Shown here in pieces: positions 56,801 to 64,000 of a DNA stretch of 64,000 bases. The stretch spans positions 1,587-65,586 of the forward strand of contig NVWQ02000064.1 in the NCBI GenBank assembly GCA_002733715.2, read 5' to 3'. Position 1 is the stretch's first letter; the number at the start of each line of letters is the position of its first letter. A program made the translations under genes and the position numbers. This DNA is from Methylophaga sp. (GTDB lineage: Bacteria > Pseudomonadota > Gammaproteobacteria > Nitrosococcales > Methylophagaceae). The notes under the pieces were generated by a model, which was given only the letters and a program-made list of their open reading frames with translations, was not told the origin of the DNA and made no database searches.

Positions 56801-56898
56801 GTTTGACCTTTGCCACCTTGTTAACGCTTTTAGTGGTGCCTGTACTTTACGCTGTATTCTTCAATATTAAATCTGCGGAGACATCTCATGAGAGTTAG
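53842..56898 (+). CDS. RND (AcrB/HAE1-type) efflux transporter
   Basis: 1018 aa, 12 TM segments, with two large periplasmic loops and the typical N-terminus MNIAEFSIKNRILSVIV. Confidence 0.9.
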   Translation: MNIAEFSIKNRILSVIVILICLYGGWNAYQTMPRFEDPEFTIRTALIFTSYPGASPEEVAAEVSEPLETALQQLQEVKKINSKSTAGLSEITVDIKYKFSKDKAALQTVWAKLRNKIKDAESSLPEGTGTPLVNDGFGDLYGWSYFITGEDYSPAELRTYAKALQKEILQVENVGKVALAGEQKEQIFVEMTREQSAALGGSVSNLYDILSQQNAVVSAGNVSIGDQRLSIDPSGAIDTIESIKNLLVSTSSDGKITYLSDIANVYRGYKTPTQQIVRYDGKFAIALGVSSTSGGNVVKIGKAVDQKIRDAQSRRPLGMEVSTYYNQGEVVEASVDNFVVNVLAALAIVIVTLFIFMGLRSAIVIGFILLLTIAATLLTMKLMGIPMHRISLGALIIALGMMVDNAIVVTEGILVGVQRGIKKLDIAKKIVTQTKWPLLGGTLVGIIAFAPIGFAPGQTAEYTGDLFWVIMISLMFSWVFAITITPLGCYVLFPEAENNAEIKEEGAFFRIYKKMMRAALHIRWLILPAAVGLLLVAVWGAQFMTQGFFPTSTTPQLVVDYWLPEGTRIERTEKDMGEIEAFIRKMDNVNTVQTLIGQGGIRYMLTYAPESPNSSYGQFLVKVDDYRKTNAMMPEIQAFIKSNYPDADAKAWRFILGPGGGSAVEAEFRGSDPKILRQLANQATDIMRAERTLSVKNDWRVPVSVIEPVYSEIKARRAGVSRQDLAEALTKHYSGKQVGVYREGEDLIPIIARDPGTATASIDDIKSLQVLSSATGKMLPIAQVTDGFRTIWRDGQVRSENRTLIIKAQSDPYPDELAATLLNRMRADIAAIELPNGYTLQWGGEEKASTDSNSDLMSTIPMGLLAMVLVVVILFGKIKQPLVIWLVVPGLFIGVVFGLVVTGIPLEFMGILGILSLSGLLIKNAIVLVDQMDFEINDGKARFDAVVDAATSRVRPVMMGTLTTVLGVIPLFFDAFFQSMAVVIVFGLTFATLLTLLVVPVLYAVFFNIKSAETSHES

Positions 56899-58285
56899 TC
56901 GGTTAACCCCTTTAGTGATCATAGCGTTATTCAGTACATCTTGTGTCACCAACACGACAAAACAAGATAGCCAAAAAGCGGCAGATGAAGCTGTTGGAAA
57001 ACTTGATGTTCCAAACAACTGGACTGCTCCCGATCTCATTAAGTATGAAGATGTACACGCGCCGACGAAATGGATAGAAAGCTTTAACGATCCGGTGATG
57101 CTTAAGCTTATCGAAGAAGGCAAAGCTAACAATCTAAATTTAAAAGTAACCGCCGCGAATATGGATAAAGCTTGGCTTTTGGCCGATCAATCAAACTCAG
57201 CCCTTAAACCTACCGCTGATTTATCATTAGGAGCAAATCAGGCTGGTGGCGGAAAAGGCAATTCATCAACCACAGGACAATTCAATGTAGGCGTGAATGT
57301 CAGCTGGGAGCTAGATGTTTGGGGTCGCCTGAAAGCCGGTATCGATGCCGCTACTGCTAATGCGCAATCTGTTGAGGCCGACTATATTTATGCTCAGCAA
57401 TCCTTAAGTGCAAGTATTGCAAAATCATATCTAAAAGTGATTGAAACGAAACTTCAAACTGATCTGACAAAGAAAAATCAGGCCACCCTTGAGAAAACCA
57501 TGCACATCACTCAAGTGAGATATGACAACGGCATGACCTCGGCACAAGATGTTGCTGTTAATAAATCAAATTTAGCGGTTGTTGAAGAACAACTGATCAC
57601 ACTCGAAGGCTCTCAGCGTGATGCGCTTCGAGCATTAGAAGTATTACTGGGTCGCTATCCCAGTGCTTCGGCTGATACCCCTGATGGGCTGCCTGATTTA
57701 CCGTTATCACCTCCGGCGGGCATCCCTTCTGAAGTATTAGAACGACGACCTGATGTGGTTTCTGCTGAAAGGAAGATAGCACAAGCATATAACGCCACCT
57801 ATCAAGCTAAAACTGCCCATTTGCCAAAATTCTCATTAACTGCCGATCTCAGTAATGCATCTGGTTCACTGTTGGATATTCTCAACCCGACCAATCTACT
57901 TTGGCAACTTGCATCAAATATTGTCGCGCCATTGTTTGATGATGGCAAGCGTAAAATAGACACTGAAATAGCCACGGTCGAGCAAAAACAGGCTGTATCA
58001 AATTATGCACAAACTGCATTAACCGCTTTTTCAGAGGTAGAAACTGACCTTGATCAAGGCGGCACCTTAGCTCGGCGTGAAATTGCACTGACTGAAGTCC
58101 TCACCCAAAGTAATAAGGCGTATCGCATTGCCGATTTAAGGTACAAAGAAGGTGAAATCGGTTTGCTGGATACCCTCCAACTCCAGCAACAAGCCATTGC
58201 TGCCGAGAGTAATTTGATCTCAATCAAACGTCTGCAACTGGAACAGCGCATTAATTTATATTTGGCGTTGGGAGGAAGCTGGTAA
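56888..58285 (+). CDS. Outer-membrane factor (NodT/TolC family) of the RND system
   Basis: 465 aa with a signal peptide carrying Cys (LFSTSC) and two OEP repeats. An 11-nt overlap joins it to the RND gene. Confidence 0.85.
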   Translation: MRVSRLTPLVIIALFSTSCVTNTTKQDSQKAADEAVGKLDVPNNWTAPDLIKYEDVHAPTKWIESFNDPVMLKLIEEGKANNLNLKVTAANMDKAWLLADQSNSALKPTADLSLGANQAGGGKGNSSTTGQFNVGVNVSWELDVWGRLKAGIDAATANAQSVEADYIYAQQSLSASIAKSYLKVIETKLQTDLTKKNQATLEKTMHITQVRYDNGMTSAQDVAVNKSNLAVVEEQLITLEGSQRDALRALEVLLGRYPSASADTPDGLPDLPLSPPAGIPSEVLERRPDVVSAERKIAQAYNATYQAKTAHLPKFSLTADLSNASGSLLDILNPTNLLWQLASNIVAPLFDDGKRKIDTEIATVEQKQAVSNYAQTALTAFSEVETDLDQGGTLARREIALTEVLTQSNKAYRIADLRYKEGEIGLLDTLQLQQQAIAAESNLISIKRLQLEQRINLYLALGGSW

Positions 58286-58289
58286 TACA

Positions 58290-58643
58290 GTGGAATTTAC
58301 GCTTACCTTTATCGAACTATTTTTCTGGTCTATTTATCTGATTGCGCCATTACTAGTATTTTTAAGTTTTGTGGTCGTTGTGCTGGGGCAAATCGTTTGC
58401 CATCTTGAAAAATGGAATAAGTTTGATGGCTTTTATTGGACATTCATAACCGCAACCACAGTCGGTTATGGTGACATTCGCCCTTTGAAAAAAGTATCCA
58501 AAGTACTGTCCGTTTTTATTGCCTTAATTGGCATCATGTTGACAGGAATAATGATAGCAGTGACGCTTAATACGACATCGGTCGCATTTGAAAAGCATGT
58601 TGATAAAAGTGTTATTGAACAAGTCAAAGAGAGGTTTAAGTAA
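58290..58643 (+). CDS. Minimal two-TM potassium channel (KcsA-like pore only)
   Basis: 117 aa. The order is TM1, pore helix, the TATTVGYGD selectivity filter, then TM2. It starts at a GTG 4 nt after the OMF stop. Confidence 0.8.
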   Translation: MEFTLTFIELFFWSIYLIAPLLVFLSFVVVVLGQIVCHLEKWNKFDGFYWTFITATTVGYGDIRPLKKVSKVLSVFIALIGIMLTGIMIAVTLNTTSVAFEKHVDKSVIEQVKERFK

Positions 58644-58704
58644 AACTAGAAGTCATTAGGATTGAATGAGATTTGTATTGAAGAAACATAACAAGCTAAG
58701 ATGT

Positions 58705-58740
58705 TCTATCGATGAATCGCCTTATGATGAAATTACTGAA
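58705..58740 (+). repeat. Direct repeat, right copy
   Basis: TCTATCGATGAATCGCCTTATGATGAAATTACTGAA encodes SIDESPYDEITE in a 27-codon mini-frame. The stop of that frame overlaps the GTG start at 58746 (GTGA). Confidence 0.8.
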
Positions 58741-58745
58741 ACAGC

Positions 58746-59378
58746 GTGAGCAAAAAGCTTAAACTACTTTTATGGTTAATTTTTGTTACGGTGACTGCAG
58801 TTTTATTACTTGCCCTGAGCATAACGCAGTTAGATGACAAGTTTTCAAGTCGAATGCGAGAGCTTGTACAGCAAAATATAAACAATTATATTGCAAGAAT
58901 ATCGGTGAGCACCGCCAATGATTCACTGACTATTGTGGATACTTCTATTTTACATGCCTGCGCTTTAACGGGTGTTGCGGTAAGCCGTTTTAGCTATCCA
59001 GAAGCATCCACTTCATTATTTCACACTATTTACGGTAATGGTGAGGATCTTGAATTATCCTCATCATATTTCAAACAAAGCATATATTTACGGGATAAAA
59101 TTAAAGAGCTCGGTAATGGTCAATATGGTCCGTTGAGCTTAAAACAAAGTGATGATTGGCGATTATCTTTAGCACTCAACCCCTACTATCTCACCATCAC
59201 CGATGAAAAAATAAAATTATTCCACCCAAAGATAGTATTTGCAGCGCCAAATGCGCAAGACGTTTATACCGTTGTACCCATTGGCAAGTTAGATATTAAG
59301 GTTTACGATAATATTATTTCAGCTTTAGAGCCTAGCCCTTTTTACGTGTTTTCAGAATGGGATATCAATAAACTTTAA
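58746..59378 (+). CDS. Hypothetical membrane-anchored protein
   Basis: 210 aa with a GTG start and one N-terminal TM. I recognise no family. Confidence 0.5.
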   Translation: MSKKLKLLLWLIFVTVTAVLLLALSITQLDDKFSSRMRELVQQNINNYIARISVSTANDSLTIVDTSILHACALTGVAVSRFSYPEASTSLFHTIYGNGEDLELSSSYFKQSIYLRDKIKELGNGQYGPLSLKQSDDWRLSLALNPYYLTITDEKIKLFHPKIVFAAPNAQDVYTVVPIGKLDIKVYDNIISALEPSPFYVFSEWDINKL

Positions 59379-60741
59379 CTAACTTTTTATTTGTTATGCC
59401 TAATCGACCTGTTTTAACGGCATTACGTCTAATACCTTTATGGGGTGCAATAAAATAAAGATCACCATTTTGTCCTAATATTTGCTGTGGTACACCTACT
59501 GATTTAGCAATTTTGGCATTGGCTTTTAAGTGATGTAATTCGCCATGTACAGGAATGGCGCAGTCAGGTTGAACCCAGTCATACATTAATTTGAGCTCGT
59601 CAGCAGCCGGATGTCCTGAAGCGTGAATAGTTACCGCACTATTGTCGGCAGTAATGACATTCAACTTCATAGCCTTCAGTCGTTCAATTAAGGCTTCAAT
59701 GGCTATTTCATTGCCAGGGATCATCTTAGAGCTAAAAATCACGGTATCATTAGGCTCTAGCTGTAAATCTCGAAATGTATTCATGCTCAATCGATTTAAG
59801 GCTGTTCTGGGTTCACCTTGGCTTCCTGTTGCAACTAATAAGACATTATTTGCAGGTAAATATGCCAAATGGGAGGGATCAACTAAAGTTTTTCCATATT
59901 GCCAAACATCAGTGACTCTAGCTGCTGAGACCATATTTATTAAAGAACGCCCTAAAAGACCTAGGTGGCGATCGGTTTCTTGTGCAATTTTAGCTAAGGT
60001 ATGTAAACGAGCAATATTGCTGCCAAAACAAGCTACAACAACACGGCCTGTCGCCTGTTCAATATGTTGTTTCAAACCATTGTATAAACTGGCTTCGGTA
60101 TTAGAGTGGCCTTGAATATTGGCATTAGTGGAGTCACAGACCATCACGTCAATCTGCTCATTAGCCATGGCTTGATAACGTGGTTTATCAAATTGTTCAC
60201 CTACCAGAGGTGCTGAGTCTAACTTCCAGTCGGCAGTATGAAAGACCTTACCTACTGGCGTGCTAATAAGTAAGGCATAAGGGTCAGGAATTGAATGTGT
60301 TAATGCTACCCATTCAACATTAAAGGGACCAATTTGACGATGATCGCCCTTATTGACAATGATGACAGGTACTTTTTTATCTAGCCCTACTTCCACTAAT
60401 TTTCGTCTTAATATTTCGGCGGTAAAGGCAGTGGTGTAAATAGGGCAGCGTAATTGATGCCACAAATAAGGCACTGCACCTATATGGTCTTCGTGGGCAT
60501 GTGTAATGACTAGCCCTACTAATGATTCACGACGTTTACTAATAAAAGCCGGATCAGCCATTTGAACATGAGGTTTGATATTACTTAGTGCTTCACCATC
60601 AATATCGGTGTTTTTCTCAAATGTAACACCACAATCAACCATTAGCCACTTACCATTATGACCATATAGGTTCATATTCATCCCTATTTCGCCCGTGCCT
60701 CCTAAGGGTAAAAACCAAAAGTCAGATGCATCAGGTGTCAT
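59365..60741 (-). CDS. rnj: RNase J-family beta-CASP metallo-beta-lactamase ribonuclease
   Basis: 458 aa with PLGGTGEIGMN, ITHAHEDHIGAVPYLW (HxHxDH), and a beta-CASP region. It is shorter than Bacillus RNase J (no C-terminal domain). Confidence 0.7.
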   Translation of the reverse strand: MTPDASDFWFLPLGGTGEIGMNMNLYGHNGKWLMVDCGVTFEKNTDIDGEALSNIKPHVQMADPAFISKRRESLVGLVITHAHEDHIGAVPYLWHQLRCPIYTTAFTAEILRRKLVEVGLDKKVPVIIVNKGDHRQIGPFNVEWVALTHSIPDPYALLISTPVGKVFHTADWKLDSAPLVGEQFDKPRYQAMANEQIDVMVCDSTNANIQGHSNTEASLYNGLKQHIEQATGRVVVACFGSNIARLHTLAKIAQETDRHLGLLGRSLINMVSAARVTDVWQYGKTLVDPSHLAYLPANNVLLVATGSQGEPRTALNRLSMNTFRDLQLEPNDTVIFSSKMIPGNEIAIEALIERLKAMKLNVITADNSAVTIHASGHPAADELKLMYDWVQPDCAIPVHGELHHLKANAKIAKSVGVPQQILGQNGDLYFIAPHKGIRRNAVKTGRLGITNKKLVKVY

Positions 60742-60804
60742 AGTGTATTTTAGCCATAATTATTGAGGTTATTCCGCGTTGTTTAATCTAATTTAGATAA
60801 TAAA

Positions 60805-60813
60805 TGATATAAT
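60805..60813 (+). promoter_or_regulatory. Extended -10 element TGaTATAAT upstream of oadG
   Basis: TG at 60805-60806 and TATAAT at 60808-60813, 46 nt upstream of the GTG start. No good -35 element is present. Confidence 0.35.
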
Positions 60814-60858
60814 AGCTTATTAATTTGTAGTTAATTAATTTTAAAAAGGATCTGGTAA

Positions 60859-61149
60859 GTGGAAGAATATAGCTTATTAAGTGAAGGTATGAACCTTATG
60901 CTATTTGGCATGGGCTTTGTTTTTGTTTTTTTAACCTTGTTGGTTTTTGCAACAAAGTTAATGTCGAAGTTAATTACTAAATATGAAAAAAATGTAGGGG
61001 TCATTCCTGATTCTGGCGTGTCATCTCCATCCACCTTTATTCCAAAACATGGTCCACTTATAGAGCAAGTCCCTACTACTAAAAACAGCGATGTTGCGGT
61101 GGTTTCGGTAATCACTGCTGCTATACACAAATTTCGTTCGCGTAAATAA
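60859..61149 (+). CDS. oadG: Oxaloacetate decarboxylase gamma subunit
   Basis: 96 aa with a GTG start preceded by AAGGA and a single TM (LMLFGMGFVFVFLTLLVF). It sits directly upstream of oadA. Confidence 0.6.
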   Translation: MEEYSLLSEGMNLMLFGMGFVFVFLTLLVFATKLMSKLITKYEKNVGVIPDSGVSSPSTFIPKHGPLIEQVPTTKNSDVAVVSVITAAIHKFRSRK

Positions 61150-61167
61150 TTAGAAGATATTTATAAT

Positions 61168-62943
61168 ATGGCTAAATCAAAACAAGCACTAGGCATTACA
61201 GACGTTGTATTACGTGATGCACATCAATCATTATTTGCAACACGTTTACGCCTAGATGACATGCTTCCCATTGCTGGAAAACTGGACCAAATCGGTTACT
61301 GGTCAGTGGAAACATGGGGCGGCGCAACATTTGATTCATGTATTCGCTACTTAGGCGAAGATCCTTGGCATCGTATTCGTAGTTTAAAAGAAGCGATGCC
61401 TAATACACGTCAACAAATGTTACTGCGCGGTCAAAATTTATTAGGTTATCGTCATTATGCCGACGATGTAGTGCGTAAATTTGTTGAACGTGCCGCAATT
61501 AACGGTGTTGATGTATTCCGTGTATTTGATGCGATGAATGATCCACGTAATCTTGAAACCGCCATTAAAGCCGTAAAAGAAAATGATCGTCATGCCCAAG
61601 GTACTATTTCATATACATTGAGCCCTGTTCATGATCTCAATAACTGGACTGATTTGGCTAAACGTATTGAAGACATGGGAGCCCATTCTTTATGCATTAA
61701 AGATATGGCGGGGCTACTGAAACCTTTCACAGCTTATGAGCTGGTGAAAAAGCTTAAACAAGCTGTTGATATCCCTATACAGTTGCACTCTCATGCAACA
61801 ACAGGTTTATCTACAGCCACTATTTTAAAAGCGGTTGAAGCAGGTATCGATAATATCGATAGTGCTATTTCTACCATGTCGATGACATACGGTCACTCAG
61901 CAACGGAAACGATTGTATCCATATTTGAAGATACAGATCATGCTACGGGCTTAAATGTTGAATTATTAGCAGAAGTGGCAGACTACTTTCGCGAAGTACG
62001 TAAAAAATATGCACCATGGGAAGGCTCATTAAAAGGTGTTGATGCACGCATTCTTGATGCACAGGTCCCAGGCGGCATGTTAACCAATATGGAAAGTCAG
62101 CTTCGTGAACAAGGTGCCAGTGACCGATTTGCCGAAGTATTAGCTGAAATCCCACGTGTTCGTGAAGATTTAGGTTTTATTCCACTAGTCACGCCTACAT
62201 CACAGATTGTGGGTACGCAATCTGTGTTAAATGTTTTAACAGGCGAACGATATAAAAACATTGCAAAAGAAACCGAAGGTATTCTAAAAGGTGAATACGG
62301 TGCTGCCCCTGCCCCGTTTAATAAAGAGTTACAGGAACGAGTGCTTGATGGCTCAGAAGCTATTAGCTGTCGCCCAGCGGATTTAATTGAACCTGAAATG
62401 GAAAGATTAACAGCTGAATTACAAGAGATTGCTGAAAAAGATAATATTCAGCTTGAAGATGGTGATCGTGAAATAGATGATGTATTAACGTATGCACTAT
62501 TTACCCAAGTCGGCCTTAAGTTCTTAGAAAACCGTAACAACCCTGATGCTTTTGAGCCTATTCCAACGATTGAAGCTGCTGAAGGTGCAACTCGGACACC
62601 AGGTGATGAAGAAGTGTATACCATTGCGGTGAATGGCCAGAGTTATGTCGTTCAGGTGAATGAAGGTGGTGACATTAGTAATATCACCACATCAGCACCT
62701 ATAGCTGCCGCTCCTACAGCAGCTACATCAGGTGAACCTGTTACAGCACCTCTTGCAGGTAGTATCTGGAAAGTTGAAGTAGCTGCTGGACAACAAGTTC
62801 AAGAAGGCGATGTACTTGTCATCCTTGAAGCGATGAAAATGGAAACACAAATTGTTGCTGAAAAAGCAGGCACTATTTCAGATGTTTCAGTTAAACCTGG
62901 AGACACCGTAAAAGTCGGCGATCTTCTTGTCTCAATTGCATAA
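61168..62943 (+). CDS. oadA: Oxaloacetate decarboxylase alpha subunit (carboxyltransferase + biotinyl domain)
   Basis: 591 aa with LRDAHQSL, the HxH site (QLHSHATTG), and a C-terminal biotinyl motif [10 protein letters not shown]. Confidence 0.9.
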   Translation: MAKSKQALGITDVVLRDAHQSLFATRLRLDDMLPIAGKLDQIGYWSVETWGGATFDSCIRYLGEDPWHRIRSLKEAMPNTRQQMLLRGQNLLGYRHYADDVVRKFVERAAINGVDVFRVFDAMNDPRNLETAIKAVKENDRHAQGTISYTLSPVHDLNNWTDLAKRIEDMGAHSLCIKDMAGLLKPFTAYELVKKLKQAVDIPIQLHSHATTGLSTATILKAVEAGIDNIDSAISTMSMTYGHSATETIVSIFEDTDHATGLNVELLAEVADYFREVRKKYAPWEGSLKGVDARILDAQVPGGMLTNMESQLREQGASDRFAEVLAEIPRVREDLGFIPLVTPTSQIVGTQSVLNVLTGERYKNIAKETEGILKGEYGAAPAPFNKELQERVLDGSEAISCRPADLIEPEMERLTAELQEIAEKDNIQLEDGDREIDDVLTYALFTQVGLKFLENRNNPDAFEPIPTIEAAEGATRTPGDEEVYTIAVNGQSYVVQVNEGGDISNITTSAPIAAAPTAATSGEPVTAPLAGSIWKVEVAAGQQVQEGDVLVILEAMKMETQIVAEKAGTISDVSVKPGDTVKVGDLLVSIA

Positions 62944-62955
62944 TTAGGAATCCAA

Positions 62956-64000
62956 ATGGATCAATTAGTACAGCTATGGCACAACACTGGCCTATATCAA
63001 ATGACACCTGGACAAGGTTTCATGATTTTAATTGGCATGTTATTACTCTACCTTGCAATCAACAAGAACTTTGAACCATTATTGTTGGTACCGATTGGTT
63101 TTGGTGGCGTATTAGCAAATATCCCCGGTGCAGGATTGGCCGAAGCCGGTGGTGTGTTGCATATGTTCTACACCGTGGGTATCGAAAGTGGTGCATTCCC
63201 ACTAATTATCTTTATGGGCGTAGGGGCAATGACTGATTTTGGTCCCCTGCTCGCTAACCCTAAAACCTTATTTTTAGGTGCGGCTGCTCAATTTGGTATT
63301 TTTGCTACCTTGATGGGTGCAGTTGGCTTATCTTATTTTGGAATTATGGATTTCAGTTTGGCAGATGCTGCAGCGATAGGGATTATAGGAGGTGCAGATG
63401 GTCCTACATCCATCTATGTCGCCAGTAAGTTAGCTCCAGATCTATTGGGCGCTATTGCGGTTGCTTCATACTCTTATATGGCATTGGTACCACTGATTCA
63501 ACCACCGATTATGCGTGCATTAACGACTGAATCGGAGCGTAAAATTAAAATGGTGCAACAGCGTGAAGTGTCACACCGGGAGAAAATTATTTTCCCACTT
63601 TTGTTGTTACTCTTAGTTGCCTTTTTACTGCCTGATGCGGCACCATTATTAGGTATGTTCTGTTTCGGTAATTTAATGAAAGAATGTGCGGTAGTTGATC
63701 GTCTAAGCAATACTACGCAAAACTCGTTGATTAATACGGTAACGATTTTCTTAGGGCTAGCTGTCGGTTCAAAACTAAGTGCTGATAAGTTTTTAGATAT
63801 TACAACTCTAGGAATTGTAATCCTGGGTTTAGGTGCCTTTTCGATTGGTACCGCTTCGGGTGTAATTATGGCTAAGATTATGAATAAGTTTGGCGGTGGC
63901 GGCATCAACCCATTAATTGGTTCTGCAGGCGTATCGGCAGTACCTATGGCTGCTCGTGTATCTAATAAGCTAGGCTTGGAAGCTGATCCTCACAACTTCT
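62956..64000 (+). CDS. oadB: Na+-translocating decarboxylase beta subunit; the 3' end runs off the window
   Basis: Absent from the ORF track because it is open at the edge. My translation from the ATG at 62956 gives [60 protein letters not shown]..., typical of OadB/GcdB. Confidence 0.85.
   Translation, partial: MDQLVQLWHNTGLYQMTPGQGFMILIGMLLLYLAINKNFEPLLLVPIGFGGVLANIPGAGLAEAGGVLHMFYTVGIESGAFPLIIFMGVGAMTDFGPLLANPKTLFLGAAAQFGIFATLMGAVGLSYFGIMDFSLADAAAIGIIGGADGPTSIYVASKLAPDLLGAIAVASYSYMALVPLIQPPIMRALTTESERKIKMVQQREVSHREKIIFPLLLLLLVAFLLPDAAPLLGMFCFGNLMKECAVVDRLSNTTQNSLINTVTIFLGLAVGSKLSADKFLDITTLGIVILGLGAFSIGTASGVIMAKIMNKFGGGGINPLIGSAGVSAVPMAARVSNKLGLEADPHNF

Noticed and set aside
1-64000. tRNA, rRNA, CRISPR arrays, IS elements, integrases and toxin-antitoxin pairs
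   Set aside because: I scanned the intergenic regions (notably 22100-22570, 10576-10891, 51980-52718 and 60742-60858). I saw no cloverleaf-like, repeat-spacer or transposase-like signal. Absence cannot be proven without tools.

Overview
This is a 64-kb chromosomal segment from a low-GC, Gram-negative genome, probably a gammaproteobacterium. The gene content (fae, serine-glyoxylate-type aminotransferase, glcDEF, ack-xfp, oadGAB) would fit a methylotroph or methanotroph. That taxonomic guess is inference only. I call about 55 protein genes and saw no rRNA, tRNA, CRISPR array, IS element, transposase or integrase. All calls rest on motif and family recognition from the translations; no homology search was possible.

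Layout:
- **1-22.1 kb, copper-homeostasis island.** It holds partial copA (P1B ATPase), a MerR regulator, a His-rich DUF2231 protein, CopG/DUF411, two stand-alone TRASH proteins, cti, an alpha/beta hydrolase, an MFS transporter, fpr, pcoB, a frameshifted pcoA, cusCBA and divergent cusRS.
- **22.4-34.3 kb.** glgP lies divergent from a tightly packed six-gene operon: DUF360, ackA, xfp, an AMP-phosphorylase-like TP-family enzyme, a PRPP-synthetase-like enzyme, and a frameshifted P3A H+-ATPase.
- **34.4-40.7 kb.** A ybhGFSR-like ABC-2 exporter, mtfA and a DUF3010-like gene.
- **40.7-44.6 kb.** A minus-strand string: a 152-aa unknown, lemA, a GIDE protein with an EF-hand, and the yoaA helicase.
- **44.7-52.0 kb.** fae, a truncated hemoglobin, a MoCF/CinA-like gene, an AEC transporter, a class V aminotransferase and glcDEF.
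- **52.4-58.7 kb.** An RND efflux operon plus a mini K+ channel, bracketed by 36-nt direct repeats next to a gene remnant.
- **58.7-64.0 kb.** A hypothetical gene, RNase J and oadGAB (oadB runs off the window).

Most interesting observations:
- The ack-xfp / TP-like / prs-like / proton-pump operon, with a Crp/Fnr-type palindrome at about -41.5.
- A 39-nt promoter module (CusR-like palindrome plus conserved flank) repeated four times. It would extend the copper regulon to cti and fpr.
- A shared CCGG motif between a 61-aa TRASH protein and the CopA N-terminus.
- The lemA-GIDE(EF-hand)-yoaA string.
- Two single-base frameshifts, in pcoA and in the H+-ATPase.
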